Of a stretch of 64,000 bases of DNA, positions 30,478-40,959 are shown piece by piece. The notes beneath the pieces are model-generated. The model saw only the letters and a list, made by a program, of their open reading frames with translations, ran no database searches and had not been told where the DNA came from. This stretch comes from Planctomycetota bacterium (GTDB lineage: Bacteria; Planctomycetota; UBA1135; UBA2386): assembly GCA_965223545.1 (NCBI GenBank), contig OZ245006.1, forward strand, positions 8,001,703 to 8,065,702. Direction: 5' to 3'. Position 1 is the stretch's first letter. The number at the start of each line of letters is the position of its first letter. The position numbers and the translations under genes were made by a program.

Positions 30478-32310
30478 ATGCGTAATCCTCCGTCCGCCGC
30501 GCTGCTGATCTGTGGCAGCCTTCTCGGATCGATCGCCGCGCAGAACTCGACCGCCAAGGTGCGGCCGCCGCCATCGGCGGTCGCCGCCCGCGCCGGCGGC
30601 GCTGTCGAGTGGCGTGCGGCGCTCGACGACGCCATCGCCGAGGCGCGGCAGCGGGAGCTGCCGGTGTTCTGGTACGTGCCGACCGTGGCGCGCTCGCCGA
30701 TGGACCGCAAGGCCGAGATCGATCGCTACATGCGGGCCGGGCCGTTTTCGTTTCCCGCCCTGGTCGATCTACTGAACGGCGGTTTCGTGCCGGTGGCGGT
30801 GCCGGCGGCCGGAGCGGTGCAGGAGCGCTACGGGTTGCGGCGTGGAGAGTTCATCGAGCCGGGCTTCCTCGTGCTCGCTCCGGACGGCAGCGTGCTGGCC
30901 CGCGCGCACCGACTGATCACCTTGCACGCCGACTGGTTCCTCGCGCGGCTGCGCCCACTGGCGGGAGCGCCCGTGCAGGCGCGGCCGCGGCACTCCACGC
31001 TTGCGAGGGCGTGGCAGGCCTACGCGGCGAGGCGCGACCAAGACGTGTCGACGGCGCTGGATCGATTGGCGGCGGATGCGGAATCCGATGTCGATCTCGC
31101 GGCCGAAGCCGGCTTCCTGCGCGGCGCGGTTCTGCACCGCAGCCGCCGCGCGGATCGCGCGGTCGCGCTGTGGGCCAGCATCGGCGAGCGCTACCCGGAG
31201 ACGATGTTCGGTGCCAAGGCCGCGGCCGAAGCCGAGGGCCACGGCCCGTTCGCGCTGGGTTTCGAGGACTTTCGCGCTCTGCCCTCCGGGGCATTGGTCT
31301 CGGCGGAGGCCACCACGCGCGCCCCGGCCGATCTCTACGACGAGGCCTCCCTGCGGGCCGCCAGCCGGCGCTTCCTGCTCGACCTGCAGCAGCCCGACGG
31401 CGGCTACCGCGACAGCCGCTACGACTTCGGCGGCACCGATGGTCTGCCCAACGTGTATGCGGCCGTTACCGCGCTCGTCGGCTGGGCCTTGCTCGAAGAC
31501 GCCGCCGATCGAGACCTGGACGAAGACGAGGAGCGCGCGCTCGCGGCGGTGCGCGCGTTCGTCCTCGACGACGAGAAGCTCGCCAAGGCCGACACCGACG
31601 AGGTGCTCTGGGCGCAGGTGTTCCGGCTCGAGTTCGCGGCGAGCCTTCTGCGCCACGCGCCCCAGGACGAGGAAGTGCGCGCGGCGCTGGGGAGGTTTGC
31701 TGCCGCGGTGAGCGCTCTGCAGGCCGACGATGGCGCTTGGTATCACGAGTACCGCAACCCATTCGCCACGGCGTCGGCGTTGCTCGCCCTCGACGCAGCG
31801 CGCCAACACGGCGTCGAAGTCGAGCCGACCGTCGTCGACCGCGGCGTGGCCGCGCTGCTGGCGTGTCGTGCGGCCAACGGCGCCTACTCGTACTCTCAGC
31901 GGCGCGGCGGCGGCAGCGGCAACGTCGCCGCCGCCGCGGGACGGATGCCCCTGTGCGAGCTGGCGTTGGCGCGCTGGCGCAACCGCGACCCCGCCGATCT
32001 CACCCGCGCCGTGCAAGCCGCGTTCGAGCACCACGGCCTGCTGGAAGCGGTGCGCGGCTACGACGACCACGCCGACCGCCTCGGCTACGGCGGCTTCTTC
32101 TTCTGGTACGACATGCTCTACCGTACGCGCGCGCTGCTCGCCCTCGAAGATCCCGCGCTGCGCGCCGAGTGCGCGCGCACGCAGCGCGAGACCATTCTGT
32201 CCATCGCCGAGATCGACGGCTGCTTCGTCGACAGCCACGAGCTCGGCCGCTGCTACGGGACGGCGTGCGCCCTGCTCTGCTTGGCTTGGCTGCGTCAGGC
32301 CGACGGGTGA
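30478..32310 (+). CDS. Exported protein: thioredoxin-like N-domain, TPR-like helix pair, alpha/alpha-toroid (prenyltransferase-like) C-domain
   Basis: Signal peptide; WRAALDDAIAEAR; QW-like repeats LQQPDGGY, LQADDGAW, EIDGCF. Confidence 0.7.
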   Translation: MRNPPSAALLICGSLLGSIAAQNSTAKVRPPPSAVAARAGGAVEWRAALDDAIAEARQRELPVFWYVPTVARSPMDRKAEIDRYMRAGPFSFPALVDLLNGGFVPVAVPAAGAVQERYGLRRGEFIEPGFLVLAPDGSVLARAHRLITLHADWFLARLRPLAGAPVQARPRHSTLARAWQAYAARRDQDVSTALDRLAADAESDVDLAAEAGFLRGAVLHRSRRADRAVALWASIGERYPETMFGAKAAAEAEGHGPFALGFEDFRALPSGALVSAEATTRAPADLYDEASLRAASRRFLLDLQQPDGGYRDSRYDFGGTDGLPNVYAAVTALVGWALLEDAADRDLDEDEERALAAVRAFVLDDEKLAKADTDEVLWAQVFRLEFAASLLRHAPQDEEVRAALGRFAAAVSALQADDGAWYHEYRNPFATASALLALDAARQHGVEVEPTVVDRGVAALLACRAANGAYSYSQRRGGGSGNVAAAAGRMPLCELALARWRNRDPADLTRAVQAAFEHHGLLEAVRGYDDHADRLGYGGFFFWYDMLYRTRALLALEDPALRAECARTQRETILSIAEIDGCFVDSHELGRCYGTACALLCLAWLRQADG

Positions 32311-32339
32311 CGCCGGTGGCCTCCCTGCGCTCGACACCG

Positions 32340-32780
32340 ATGATGAGAGCCGCAGCTCTCGCCCTCGCCGCCTCACTGCTCATCGGCGGCCTGGTGGTCG
32401 TGCTGCAGAGCAGGAGATGCGGATACGACGACCTACACTTGGGAATGCAGCGGTCAGAGATCGAGGCTTGTCTCGGCATCGCAGAACGGACGGTGCTCTA
32501 TCGCGACGGACGCATCTCCTTCTTCGGGATCAATGATGGGCTCTGGTTGTTCAGCGAACCCATGTACGACCCAACACCGCAGCCACCCCGACGCGTGGCG
32601 TCCTTTGCCGAGATTCCGTCGTACTACGCGTCCATCGAGTGCCTGACCGACAAGGACGACAGAGTCGTCGCGTTGGTGGTGGCCGGAGAGACGAAGTGGA
32701 TCGAGACCGCGCAGGGCCGGGTGGCCGGCAATGAGATCCGATCGCTTTCGCCGGCGGTGTTCGACGAGCTCACCAAGTAG
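32340..32780 (+). CDS. Hypothetical membrane-anchored protein
   Basis: N-terminal TM, LHLGMQRSEIEACLG (BamE/SmpA-like motif); more AT-rich than neighbours. Confidence 0.6.
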   Translation: MMRAAALALAASLLIGGLVVVLQSRRCGYDDLHLGMQRSEIEACLGIAERTVLYRDGRISFFGINDGLWLFSEPMYDPTPQPPRRVASFAEIPSYYASIECLTDKDDRVVALVVAGETKWIETAQGRVAGNEIRSLSPAVFDELTK

Positions 32781-32839
32781 CCGCGCGCCGCCGCAGCCGC
32801 CCATCCCGAGCCGTGAACGCCTTCGACACGAGGCCGCGA

Positions 32840-35074
32840 TCACTGCCGGCTCGGCAACCGCAGAGGCAGCGCGCAGTGCACCTCCAGCCGGCGCCCGGCG
32901 CGGAGGCGGATGGCACCGCGATTGCCGGTCTCGAGCAGTGGGATGTGGCGCACGGCCAGCTGCGCGGTGCGTCCCGGCGGTGCCGGCTCGGCGCGATTGG
33001 AGGCGAGCGCGAGGCTGGGCCGCGCCGCGTCCAACAGGGCGGCGAGGCGCGGGTTGGCGCGGCCGTGGTGCGGCAGCACCAGCACGTCGACCGGCGCCGG
33101 CTCGGGATTGCGCGCGAGCCAGCTGTCGACGCCGTGTTCGAGGGCATCGCCGCAGAGCAATACGGCGAAGCGGCCAAGGTCGATGCGCACCCAGAGGCTG
33201 TGGTCGTTGTGGTTGGCCGCGGTGAGCGCTGGCCGCTCGACGTGGAGATTTTGCTCCTGCAGGGACTCGCCCGGGGACAGGGGACGCAGCGAGACGCCGG
33301 CGGCCATGAGCAGGGCGCCGAGCGCTCCCTCGGCGAGCTCGCGGGGCAGGATGGCGCGATCGACGCGCACGGTGCGCAGGAGCGTGGGGATTGCGCCGAC
33401 GTGGTCGTGGTCACCGTGGGTCAGCACCAAGGTGTCGAGGTGACGCGCCGGCAGCAGAGCCCGCGCGGCGCGCCGCGCAGGCTCGCGCGGATCCCCGAGG
33501 CTGCCGCAGTCCACCATCAGCCGGGCCCCGCCGGCGTCGTGCGCGACGCACGCCAGGCCGTGGCCGACGTCGCAGAGCTCGAGCTCCCCCCGGCGGCTGC
33601 GCCCGGCCGGCACGAAGTGGAGCCCGACCAACAGCCAGCAGGCGGCGCCGATCCGGCGGCGGTGCGGCCTCCGGGCGATCCAAACCAGTGAGCCGGCGAG
33701 GGCGGCGGCGGCGAGGGCTCCGTCGAGGCGGCGGGTGGCGAGGACCGGCGCGCCGGGCAGGGTCGCGATCGCCGCGGTGACGTCGAGATAGACCGCGGTG
33801 AGCGGGGCGAGGAGCGCGCCACCCGCCGCACCGAGCCACGGAGCGACGGCGGCGGTGATCGCGACGAGCAAGCCGAACCCGAGCATCAACGCGATGCACG
33901 GCGCCAGCAGGGGCGTCGCGACGATGGTCCAGGGCGCCCACTGGCCGAACAGGTGGAGGGTGATCGGCGCCGTCAGCAGCGTCGCCCAGAACGAGGCAAC
34001 CACCGGCCCGCGCACCCAGCGGGCGAAGGCCGTCTCGGCGCGGTGGACCCCCGCCAGCCAGAGCCCGAAGACCGCGGCGTAGCTGAGCGAGAAGCTGGCG
34101 CCGAACAGCGCGTTGGGGGCGAGTACCGCCGTGGCGATTGCGGGCGCCGCCAACAGGCCGGCGACGTCGATGCGGCGGCCGCGCGCCCCGGCGTGCAGCG
34201 CCAGCGAGAACGCCACCAGGGCGCGCAGCACGGGCGGCTCCATGCCGGTGATGGCGGCGTAGAGCAGCAAGAACAGCACACACCACCAGCGGTACTGACG
34301 CGACGTCCACGGCGAGCGGCCACTGATCGCGGCGAACAAGATGCCGGCCAGCAGCGCCAGCATGCTCGCATGCGCCCCGCTCACCGCCAGCAGATGCACC
34401 GTGCCGGCGTCGAGGTGCGCATCGACGACCGGCGCCGGCAGCGGCGGGCCACGGCCGAGCACCAGGTGGCACAGCAGCAAGCCCGAGGTCCCGGGAATCG
34501 CCGCGACCAGCCCGCGCTCGAGCCGCAAGCCGAGTGCCTCGATCCAGCGCTCTGGCGGCGCCCGGCCGCGTACCACCGTCAGGGCCGCGGCCACCGCCCG
34601 CGCCCGTGGCGGCCGGCCCTGGGCGACACGCCGGCGCCAGCCGGTGAGCCGCGCGACGCCGCGGACCCGATCGCCCGGCAGTGCCACCAGCGGCCCGTCG
34701 ACGTCGAGCCAGAGTCGCGGGCCGCTCACCGACGCCAACGTCAACCGCACTCCACTGCCATCGGCGGTCCGGCGGACCGGCGCGCGGACCTCGCCATCGA
34801 CGAGCACGGGTCCCGGAGCGGGCCACGAAGCCGGCGGCGGCGGCAGGCTGGTCGCGCCGAGCGCGGCCGGGATCGCCAGCAACCACGGGCCCGCCCGCCG
34901 CCGCCAGGCGCACAGCAGCAGTGCCACGCCGACCGCCACCGCGCCGCCCACCACACCGAGGTCGCGCGCCGCGCACGCCGCGCCACAGGCGTACAGGGCA
35001 GCGCCGATCGTGGTGGCGGCGGGGGAGGTTTGCACGGCATCCAGGAGTGCTCCGGCGCGCCGGGTGGTTACCAT
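32840..35074 (-). CDS. comEC: ComEC/Rec2 competence protein
   Basis: GTVHLLAVSGAH, PPVLRA, SFSLSY, MBL domain DVGHG, THGDHDH, NNDHS, LPHHG; true start may be GTG 35035. Confidence 0.9.
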   Translation of the reverse strand: MVTTRRAGALLDAVQTSPAATTIGAALYACGAACAARDLGVVGGAVAVGVALLLCAWRRRAGPWLLAIPAALGATSLPPPPASWPAPGPVLVDGEVRAPVRRTADGSGVRLTLASVSGPRLWLDVDGPLVALPGDRVRGVARLTGWRRRVAQGRPPRARAVAAALTVVRGRAPPERWIEALGLRLERGLVAAIPGTSGLLLCHLVLGRGPPLPAPVVDAHLDAGTVHLLAVSGAHASMLALLAGILFAAISGRSPWTSRQYRWWCVLFLLLYAAITGMEPPVLRALVAFSLALHAGARGRRIDVAGLLAAPAIATAVLAPNALFGASFSLSYAAVFGLWLAGVHRAETAFARWVRGPVVASFWATLLTAPITLHLFGQWAPWTIVATPLLAPCIALMLGFGLLVAITAAVAPWLGAAGGALLAPLTAVYLDVTAAIATLPGAPVLATRRLDGALAAAALAGSLVWIARRPHRRRIGAACWLLVGLHFVPAGRSRRGELELCDVGHGLACVAHDAGGARLMVDCGSLGDPREPARRAARALLPARHLDTLVLTHGDHDHVGAIPTLLRTVRVDRAILPRELAEGALGALLMAAGVSLRPLSPGESLQEQNLHVERPALTAANHNDHSLWVRIDLGRFAVLLCGDALEHGVDSWLARNPEPAPVDVLVLPHHGRANPRLAALLDAARPSLALASNRAEPAPPGRTAQLAVRHIPLLETGNRGAIRLRAGRRLEVHCALPLRLPSRQ

Positions 35075-35082
35075 CGGCGCCG

Positions 35083-35571
35083 ATGGTCTCGGCTCTCTAC
35101 CCCGGCAGCTTCGACCCGGTGACCCGCGGCCACCAGGATCTGGTCGAACGCGCGCTGCCGTTGTTCGACCAGGTCACGGTGGCGGCCGCCCAGAACGCTT
35201 CCAAGGCGGCCCTGTTCAGCCTCGATGAGCGGCTGGAGCTGTTGCGCTCCGCGCTGCCCAGCGCGCCCAACCTCGAGATCACGGCGTTCGACGGCCTCCT
35301 GGTCGACTACTGCCGCGCGCACGGTCACGGCGTCGTGCTGCGTGGATTGCGGACCGCATCGGACTTCGAGTACGAGTACCAAATGGCACTCACCAACCGG
35401 CATCTCGACACCGCGGTCGAGACGGTCTTCCTCATGCCGAGTGCGCGCTACAGCTACGTTTCGTCCACCCTGATCAAAGAGATCGTGAACCACGGTGGGG
35501 ACGCATCCGATTTCCTGAGTCCCGACGTCGAGGCGCGGCTGCGTGCCCGACTGCGAGAAAGGCGGCGTTGA
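35083..35571 (+). CDS. coaD: Pantetheine-phosphate adenylyltransferase
   Basis: YPGSFDPVTRGH, RGLRTASDFEYE, VSSTLIKEI. Confidence 0.97.
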   Translation: MVSALYPGSFDPVTRGHQDLVERALPLFDQVTVAAAQNASKAALFSLDERLELLRSALPSAPNLEITAFDGLLVDYCRAHGHGVVLRGLRTASDFEYEYQMALTNRHLDTAVETVFLMPSARYSYVSSTLIKEIVNHGGDASDFLSPDVEARLRARLRERRR

Positions 35572-35951
35572 AAGTGCAAACAGTCCATACCTCCGCGGCA
35601 CCCGCGGCGATCGGTCCGTACAGCCAGGCGGTGGTCGCCGGTGACCTGGTGTTCTGCTCTGGTCAGGTCGCGCTGGATCCGGGCACGGGGGAGCTGGTCG
35701 GCAGCACGGCGCGCGCGCAGACCGAGCGCGTGATGCGCAACTTGGCAGCCGTGCTCGAGGCCGCCGGCAGCAGCCTCGGCTCCGTGGTGCGCAGCACCAT
35801 CTTCCTCGCCGACATGGACGACTTCGCCACCGTCAACGAGGTCTACGCCGCCGCACTGGGCGAACACCGGCCGGCGCGTGCGACGGTCGCCGTCCGCACT
35901 CTGCCGAAGAACGCGCTGGTCGAGATCGACTGCATCGCTCTGCGTGCCTGA
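35568..35951 (+). CDS. ridA: RidA/YjgF enamine deaminase
   Basis: APAAIGPYSQAV, SGQVALDP, PARATV, LPKNALVEIDC. Confidence 0.93.
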   Translation: MKVQTVHTSAAPAAIGPYSQAVVAGDLVFCSGQVALDPGTGELVGSTARAQTERVMRNLAAVLEAAGSSLGSVVRSTIFLADMDDFATVNEVYAAALGEHRPARATVAVRTLPKNALVEIDCIALRA

Positions 35952-37062
35952 CGGGCCGCGGACTCCGAGGCCCGCGCGCGGCGAGACCGCTTGGCTCCGG
36001 CTCGCGGCGGCGGTGATCACCGTTCTGGTGGTCGGGCTGCCCGCGTGGGTCGGTGGTTCCACCCTGGCCACGGCGCCAGCTGCAGGCGAGCTCGATCGAT
36101 TGCGGGCTGCGCTGGAGTCCGGCCCCCGCGAGGCCCCGGTGAGTGCCGTGGTGCGCGCCTATGCGGTCGCCACCCTGCCGGCGACCGCCGAGCCCGCGCG
36201 CGCGGCCGAGCTGTTGCCGCGCGCGCGCTTGTCCAGCGTGCTCGGCTTGCTGGCGATCTCGGGGTTGCTGTACCTGACCGTGTCGATGGCCCGCCGGCGG
36301 CTCACGGCCCTGTTTGCTTGTCTGGCATTGGCAGCCACCGGGCCGGTGTTCGAGCTCGGCGCCGTGCTCCGGCCGGAGGTGCCGGCAGCCTTGTTCGGTG
36401 GCCTCGGCGTGTTGTTGGTGGTCGGGTTCCCCGCCGTCGTCCCGCGGCCACCGGCGCGCCGTGGCTGGCTGCGCTGCCTGTGGACCACGGTCACCGCGGG
36501 CGCCTCGATCGGCCTGGCGATGGCGTGCGTACCGCACGCCGGCCTGTACCTGTTGGTGCCTGGCTTCGCGGCGCTGTTGAGTGCGGGCATCGCCTTTCGT
36601 TCGGGGTGGCGCGCCGCACGGCGTGGCAAGTGGCTGCGCTACCCTGTGCGCGCGCTGCCCCGCCGAGTACTACCGTGGATGCTGCTGGCGCTGGGTTGCC
36701 TCGCGCTGGCGCCGATCGTCGTCTTGGGCGCGGTGCGTGGCGACCCGACCGCGCTCCTGCCGAGTCCGGCGCCGGCGCCGCTGTTGCCGGGCGGGGTCCT
36801 GTCCATCGTCTTGGTCGTCCTCGCGGCGATCGGCGGGTTGCGGTTGGCCATCGGGGTTGGCTTCCGCCTCGGGCGAGCGCACCGGGTCAGCACTGCGGCG
36901 CTCCTGCTGTGCTATGTCGCGTGCATGCTGCTGCACTGGCGGATCGCCGGCGGCCAACGCGATGCGCTCTGCGCGGCCCCCGCCCTCGCGGTCCTGGTCG
37001 GTGAGGGGGTGGCTTCGGTGGTGGGACAGCTGTTGGCATGGCGGTATCGACCGCGCCGCTGA
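35944..37062 (+). CDS. Polytopic membrane protein (weak GT-C-like appearance)
   Basis: Hydrophobic ORF overlapping the ridA stop; ~9 TM segments; LRPEVP. Confidence 0.65.
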   Translation: MPDGPRTPRPARGETAWLRLAAAVITVLVVGLPAWVGGSTLATAPAAGELDRLRAALESGPREAPVSAVVRAYAVATLPATAEPARAAELLPRARLSSVLGLLAISGLLYLTVSMARRRLTALFACLALAATGPVFELGAVLRPEVPAALFGGLGVLLVVGFPAVVPRPPARRGWLRCLWTTVTAGASIGLAMACVPHAGLYLLVPGFAALLSAGIAFRSGWRAARRGKWLRYPVRALPRRVLPWMLLALGCLALAPIVVLGAVRGDPTALLPSPAPAPLLPGGVLSIVLVVLAAIGGLRLAIGVGFRLGRAHRVSTAALLLCYVACMLLHWRIAGGQRDALCAAPALAVLVGEGVASVVGQLLAWRYRPRR

Positions 37063-37215
37063 CCGCCGGCGGGACCTGGGGCCGGCAGTGGCCGATCAAG
37101 GCGATGGCGTCGGACCCGCGCACAATTCCAGGGCGCGACGCCTGTGGTGTTCTGGGACATCCGAACGTGCAGAAATGGTTCTCAGTCTCCGCACTTTTGC
37201 GGACGAAGCAGGAAC

Positions 37216-38889
37216 GTGGAGCGAGTGAGGGAGAGCTGGGCCGAGCGCTGGACGCCGCGGAGCCTGAGTGGTCGGTTGACGCTGGCGATCGCGCTCGTAC
37301 TCGCCGCGTATACCACGGTGATCGCGGTTTCGGATGCGCACCAACGGCGGGCCAACGCCGTGCGCAACGAGGGGCTGCGCAACCGCGCGATTGCCTCGAC
37401 AGTGCTGAGTGGGCGGCGTCTCGAAGGCTTCGCGCGCGCGTGCGACGCGCAGCCGTTCCTCGACGCGGTGTCGGACTGGGCGGCGGCGCCGCCCCCGGTG
37501 CGCGAAGTGCACGAGCTGTTGCGCGCCTGTGTCGCCGCCAACGGGCTGTCTTCGCCGGTGTACGTGCTGGTGTTGCGGCCGGAGTTCGAGGCGAGGGTCA
37601 GGGCGGAGCCCGACCGCTTGCACGAGAACGCGATGGAGTTCCTCGCGACCAGTGCGGAGCAGCCGTACTGGCGGCACCGCTACGAGTACCGCCCGGAGAT
37701 GCGGGCGGCGCTGTTCGGCGGGCGGGCGGCCAGCACGGGGGTGTACGGCGACTCGCATGGACACTGGGTGTCTGCCTACGCTCCACTGCGTGGAATGAGC
37801 CAGCCGGCGTTGGTCGAAGTCGACAGTCCGCTCGACGCTCTGCTGGCGAGCGTCGAGGCCGAGAGCCGATGGGTGTCGGTCTCCGCCCTGATCGCGTTCA
37901 TCGTGTTTCTCGTCTCGCTGCGTGGAATCGTGCGGCGGGCGACCGCGTCGCTGCGGCAGCTGTGCGAGCGGGCGCGTCGGTTCGGCGAGGGCGACTTCGA
38001 CAGTCCGATCCCGACCGCCGGCACGGTCGAGATCGGTGAGCTCAGCGCCGCGCTCGATGCCGCGCGGGCGTCGATCGGTGCCGGCGCGCAACGCAACCAA
38101 CAGCTGCTGTCGGAGTTGCAGGCCAGCCTCGGCCAATCGAACTCGGCGAGCGGCGTTCTGCGCGACGGCGCCGAGCGACAGGCGCGCAGCTTGCACAACC
38201 TGGACCGGCTGATGGCCGAAGTCGGCGACACCACGGCGACGATCGCCACCGATGCCGCGGAGACCCTGACGCTGTCCCGTTCCTCGGAGCAGGCCGCATC
38301 GACCGGCCAGCGCGAAGTCGAGGAGATGGGGGCCGCGATGGGGGCGATCGAGCAGTCCTCGGAGCGGATCTCGACGGTGCTGCGGGCGATCGACGACATC
38401 GCGTTCCAGACCAATCTGCTGGCGCTCAACGCCGCTGTCGAAGCGGCGCGAGCCGGTGCCGCGGGCCGCGGCTTCGGCGTGGTCGCAAGCGAAGTGCGCA
38501 ACTTGGCGGCGCGCAGCGCCGCGGCGGCCAAGGAGACGGCGGGTTTGCTGGACGAAGCACGCCAGCGCGCGCAGCACGGCGTCGAGGTGGCGCAGCGGCT
38601 GCGCGCGGTGTTCCTCCAGGTCGCGGAGTCGGTGCATTCGGTCAACGCGCTGATCGGCCGCATCGATGACGGTTGTCAGGGACAGCACCAGGGCTTCGGT
38701 GTGGTGCGCGACGAGATCCGAGAGCTGCGTGCGATCATGCTGTCGATCGCCGAGCACGCGCATGAGCTGTCGTCGTCGTCGGAGGCCTCGAGGGCGCAGG
38801 TGGAGTCGCTGCGCGCGGCGGCGGCGTCAGTTGGCAGCGAGCACGAACATGGCGTAGGTGTCGCCGAGGACGTCGCCGTCGGCCAGTGA
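37216..38889 (+). CDS. Methyl-accepting chemotaxis protein
   Basis: TM-sensor-TM-HAMP and hairpin tip [43 protein letters not shown] after AGGA. Confidence 0.93.
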   Translation: MERVRESWAERWTPRSLSGRLTLAIALVLAAYTTVIAVSDAHQRRANAVRNEGLRNRAIASTVLSGRRLEGFARACDAQPFLDAVSDWAAAPPPVREVHELLRACVAANGLSSPVYVLVLRPEFEARVRAEPDRLHENAMEFLATSAEQPYWRHRYEYRPEMRAALFGGRAASTGVYGDSHGHWVSAYAPLRGMSQPALVEVDSPLDALLASVEAESRWVSVSALIAFIVFLVSLRGIVRRATASLRQLCERARRFGEGDFDSPIPTAGTVEIGELSAALDAARASIGAGAQRNQQLLSELQASLGQSNSASGVLRDGAERQARSLHNLDRLMAEVGDTTATIATDAAETLTLSRSSEQAASTGQREVEEMGAAMGAIEQSSERISTVLRAIDDIAFQTNLLALNAAVEAARAGAAGRGFGVVASEVRNLAARSAAAAKETAGLLDEARQRAQHGVEVAQRLRAVFLQVAESVHSVNALIGRIDDGCQGQHQGFGVVRDEIRELRAIMLSIAEHAHELSSSSEASRAQVESLRAAAASVGSEHEHGVGVAEDVAVGQ

Positions 38890-39723
38890 CTGTTCGCGCT
38901 CGCAGAGCGCGAACAGCACTTCGTTGTGGGCGAAGTCGAGGGGATCGAACGCCGGCAGCCGGGTATGCAGCAGGGGCTGCAACAGGCCACCACCCCCGCC
39001 GCGGTACTCGTCGATGCCGAACCCCGCCGCCGTCGCGGTCGGCAAGATCTCGGCCGAGCGCACCGCCTCCGAAGGGTCGACCGCGATCAGATCGTCGACC
39101 GCGATGCGCTCGACGACGTCGCAGTCGCCGCGCAACGCCGGCGGCACGAGCTCGGCCAACGCGCGGTTGCCGTGCTCCACTTGGGCGGCGGTCCACTGGA
39201 ACTGGGACGGGCCGATGTACTCCTGACCGATGACGTGTCCACCGGGGCGGAGGGCTCGGCGGCATTGTTGCCAAAACGACTCCAGCTCGCGGATGTGGTG
39301 CAGGGCGCCGAGGCCGAGAATGGCGTCGTAGGAATCCGCGGCCAGATCGAGGGCGTTGAAGTCGCCGACCTCGAGCGACAGATTCTCGATGCCGGCAGCG
39401 GCGGCACCGCGGGCGGCCCGCGCGACGGTGTCCGCCGCCAGATCAATGCCCACGACGTGCCGGTCGGGTAGAGCCTGACAGAGGGCCTGCTCCTTGATCG
39501 CAGCGCCGCAGCCGACCGACAACAGCCGCGCGCCGGGGGCGGTGTACTGCGCGACGGCGTCGAACAGCGCCTGCATGTGCGGGCGGGCATCGCCGAAGGC
39601 GCGCAGTGAGACGTAGAGCTGGAGCAGCGGGTGCTGCAGAAAGCTGTCCGCCGGATCACCGCGCTCGTGACTGGCGTCCCAGAAGGCGGCGGTGCGCTTG
39701 CGGTCGGCGTCGGCGGGGGTCAA
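38827..39723 (-). CDS. Class I SAM-dependent methyltransferase
   Basis: [32 protein letters not shown] start overlaps upstream stop. Confidence 0.9.
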   Translation of the reverse strand: MTPADADRKRTAAFWDASHERGDPADSFLQHPLLQLYVSLRAFGDARPHMQALFDAVAQYTAPGARLLSVGCGAAIKEQALCQALPDRHVVGIDLAADTVARAARGAAAAGIENLSLEVGDFNALDLAADSYDAILGLGALHHIRELESFWQQCRRALRPGGHVIGQEYIGPSQFQWTAAQVEHGNRALAELVPPALRGDCDVVERIAVDDLIAVDPSEAVRSAEILPTATAAGFGIDEYRGGGGGLLQPLLHTRLPAFDPLDFAHNEVLFALCEREQSLADGDVLGDTYAMFVLAAN

Positions 39724-40871
39724 GACTCGCCGGCGAGCGCCGCCTCGATCAGTTTCTCGAGTTCGGCCGCGCTCGCATCGTCGATCGGGTACTGCCGAAG
39801 GCTGATGATCTTGCCCTGCCGGTCGATGAGGAACAGCCGCGGCGGGCCATCGACGCCGTAGCGCAGCGCCAGCTCGGTCTGTGGTCCCTTGCCGTCGCAG
39901 ACCAAAGGCCACTCCGCGCCGTGTTGCTCGGCAACCTCGACCGCGGCTTCGACCTGGTCGTCCATCGACACGGAGATCATCGCCAGCCCGCGGTCGGCAA
40001 AGCGCCCGTGCCAGCGGCGCAGGTGCGGTGCGGCCCGTTCGCAGGGGCCACACCAGCTGGCCCAGAAGTGCAGCAAGACGACGGCGTCGTTCGGCGGCGT
40101 CATCTCCACTGCCGCGCCGTTCACGTCGGTGGCCCGGAACGGGATCGCCGGCTTGCCGGGGGCGAGCGCGCGGGCCCGCAGCCGATCGGCGGCGATGCTG
40201 CCGAAGTGCGTGTCGGACAACTCGTCGGCCAAGCTGCGCAGCGCCTCTTCGTGCGCCGACGCGGGTAGGTCCTCGCGCTCGCGCAGCGCCATCGCGTGGT
40301 ACCAGCGCACCCGCGCTCGTTGCTCGTCGTCGCCGGCCGCGGCCAGGGCCTCGCGGAACACGCCCTCGCCCTTTTCGACCTCCGCCAGCCGCGTCATCAG
40401 GTGCATGCCCAGCAGCATGCGGGTCTCGAACGGCTCGCGCTTGGCGAGCGCCGCCTCGATCCACCGGTCGCGCTCGCCGTCCAGCCCCAAGTGGGCGGCG
40501 AACTCGGCGGCGGTGGCCAGCACCAATGCCGGCGTGGTCTTGCCGTCGAACCCCTGCAACAAGCGCTCGGCTCGGTCGCGTTGGCCGAGGTTCAGCCGGT
40601 GGTCGATCAGCATGAGACGGGCGTTGTGCACGTCGTCGCCCTTGGCCAGCGGCAAGAACGCCTCCAGCTTGTCGGCGAAGGTCGCGGCGAGCTCGTGGTG
40701 TTCATCGACGCCGGCTTGCGACTCGACCAGCTGCATCCGTTGCTGCTGGAAGCGTTCGAACATCCGGTCCAAAGGGCTCTGCGCGCGGCTCGGGACCGCC
40801 ACGCAGCAAAGCGAAAGCGCCGCGGCCGTGGCCAGTCGGATGTGGGGCAGGACAGAGGGGCGTGCGTTCAT
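39720..40871 (-). CDS. TlpA/ResA-like thiol-disulfide oxidoreductase with N-terminal helical repeats
   Basis: Signal peptide; LLHFWASWCGPC; PPRLFLIDRQGKI. Confidence 0.9.
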   Translation of the reverse strand: MNARPSVLPHIRLATAAALSLCCVAVPSRAQSPLDRMFERFQQQRMQLVESQAGVDEHHELAATFADKLEAFLPLAKGDDVHNARLMLIDHRLNLGQRDRAERLLQGFDGKTTPALVLATAAEFAAHLGLDGERDRWIEAALAKREPFETRMLLGMHLMTRLAEVEKGEGVFREALAAAGDDEQRARVRWYHAMALREREDLPASAHEEALRSLADELSDTHFGSIAADRLRARALAPGKPAIPFRATDVNGAAVEMTPPNDAVVLLHFWASWCGPCERAAPHLRRWHGRFADRGLAMISVSMDDQVEAAVEVAEQHGAEWPLVCDGKGPQTELALRYGVDGPPRLFLIDRQGKIISLRQYPIDDASAAELEKLIEAALAGES

Positions 40872-40892
40872 GCGAGGCTCCGAAGTGGTGGT

Positions 40893-40912
40893 CTTGCATA
40901 CGACGGTGCAAG
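40893..40912. promoter_or_regulatory. Palindrome in divergent intergenic region
   Basis: CTTGCA-N8-TGCAAG between the redoxin and ABC ATPase genes. Confidence 0.35.
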
Positions 40913-40959
40913 CCCAGTGCCAGACATGATTATGATGCAAACGCAGATTTCGCTTTTCG

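Noticed and set aside
35035..35085. comEC and coaD starts only 8 bp apart as a special arrangement
   Set aside because: The comEC start is uncertain; a downstream GTG removes the anomaly
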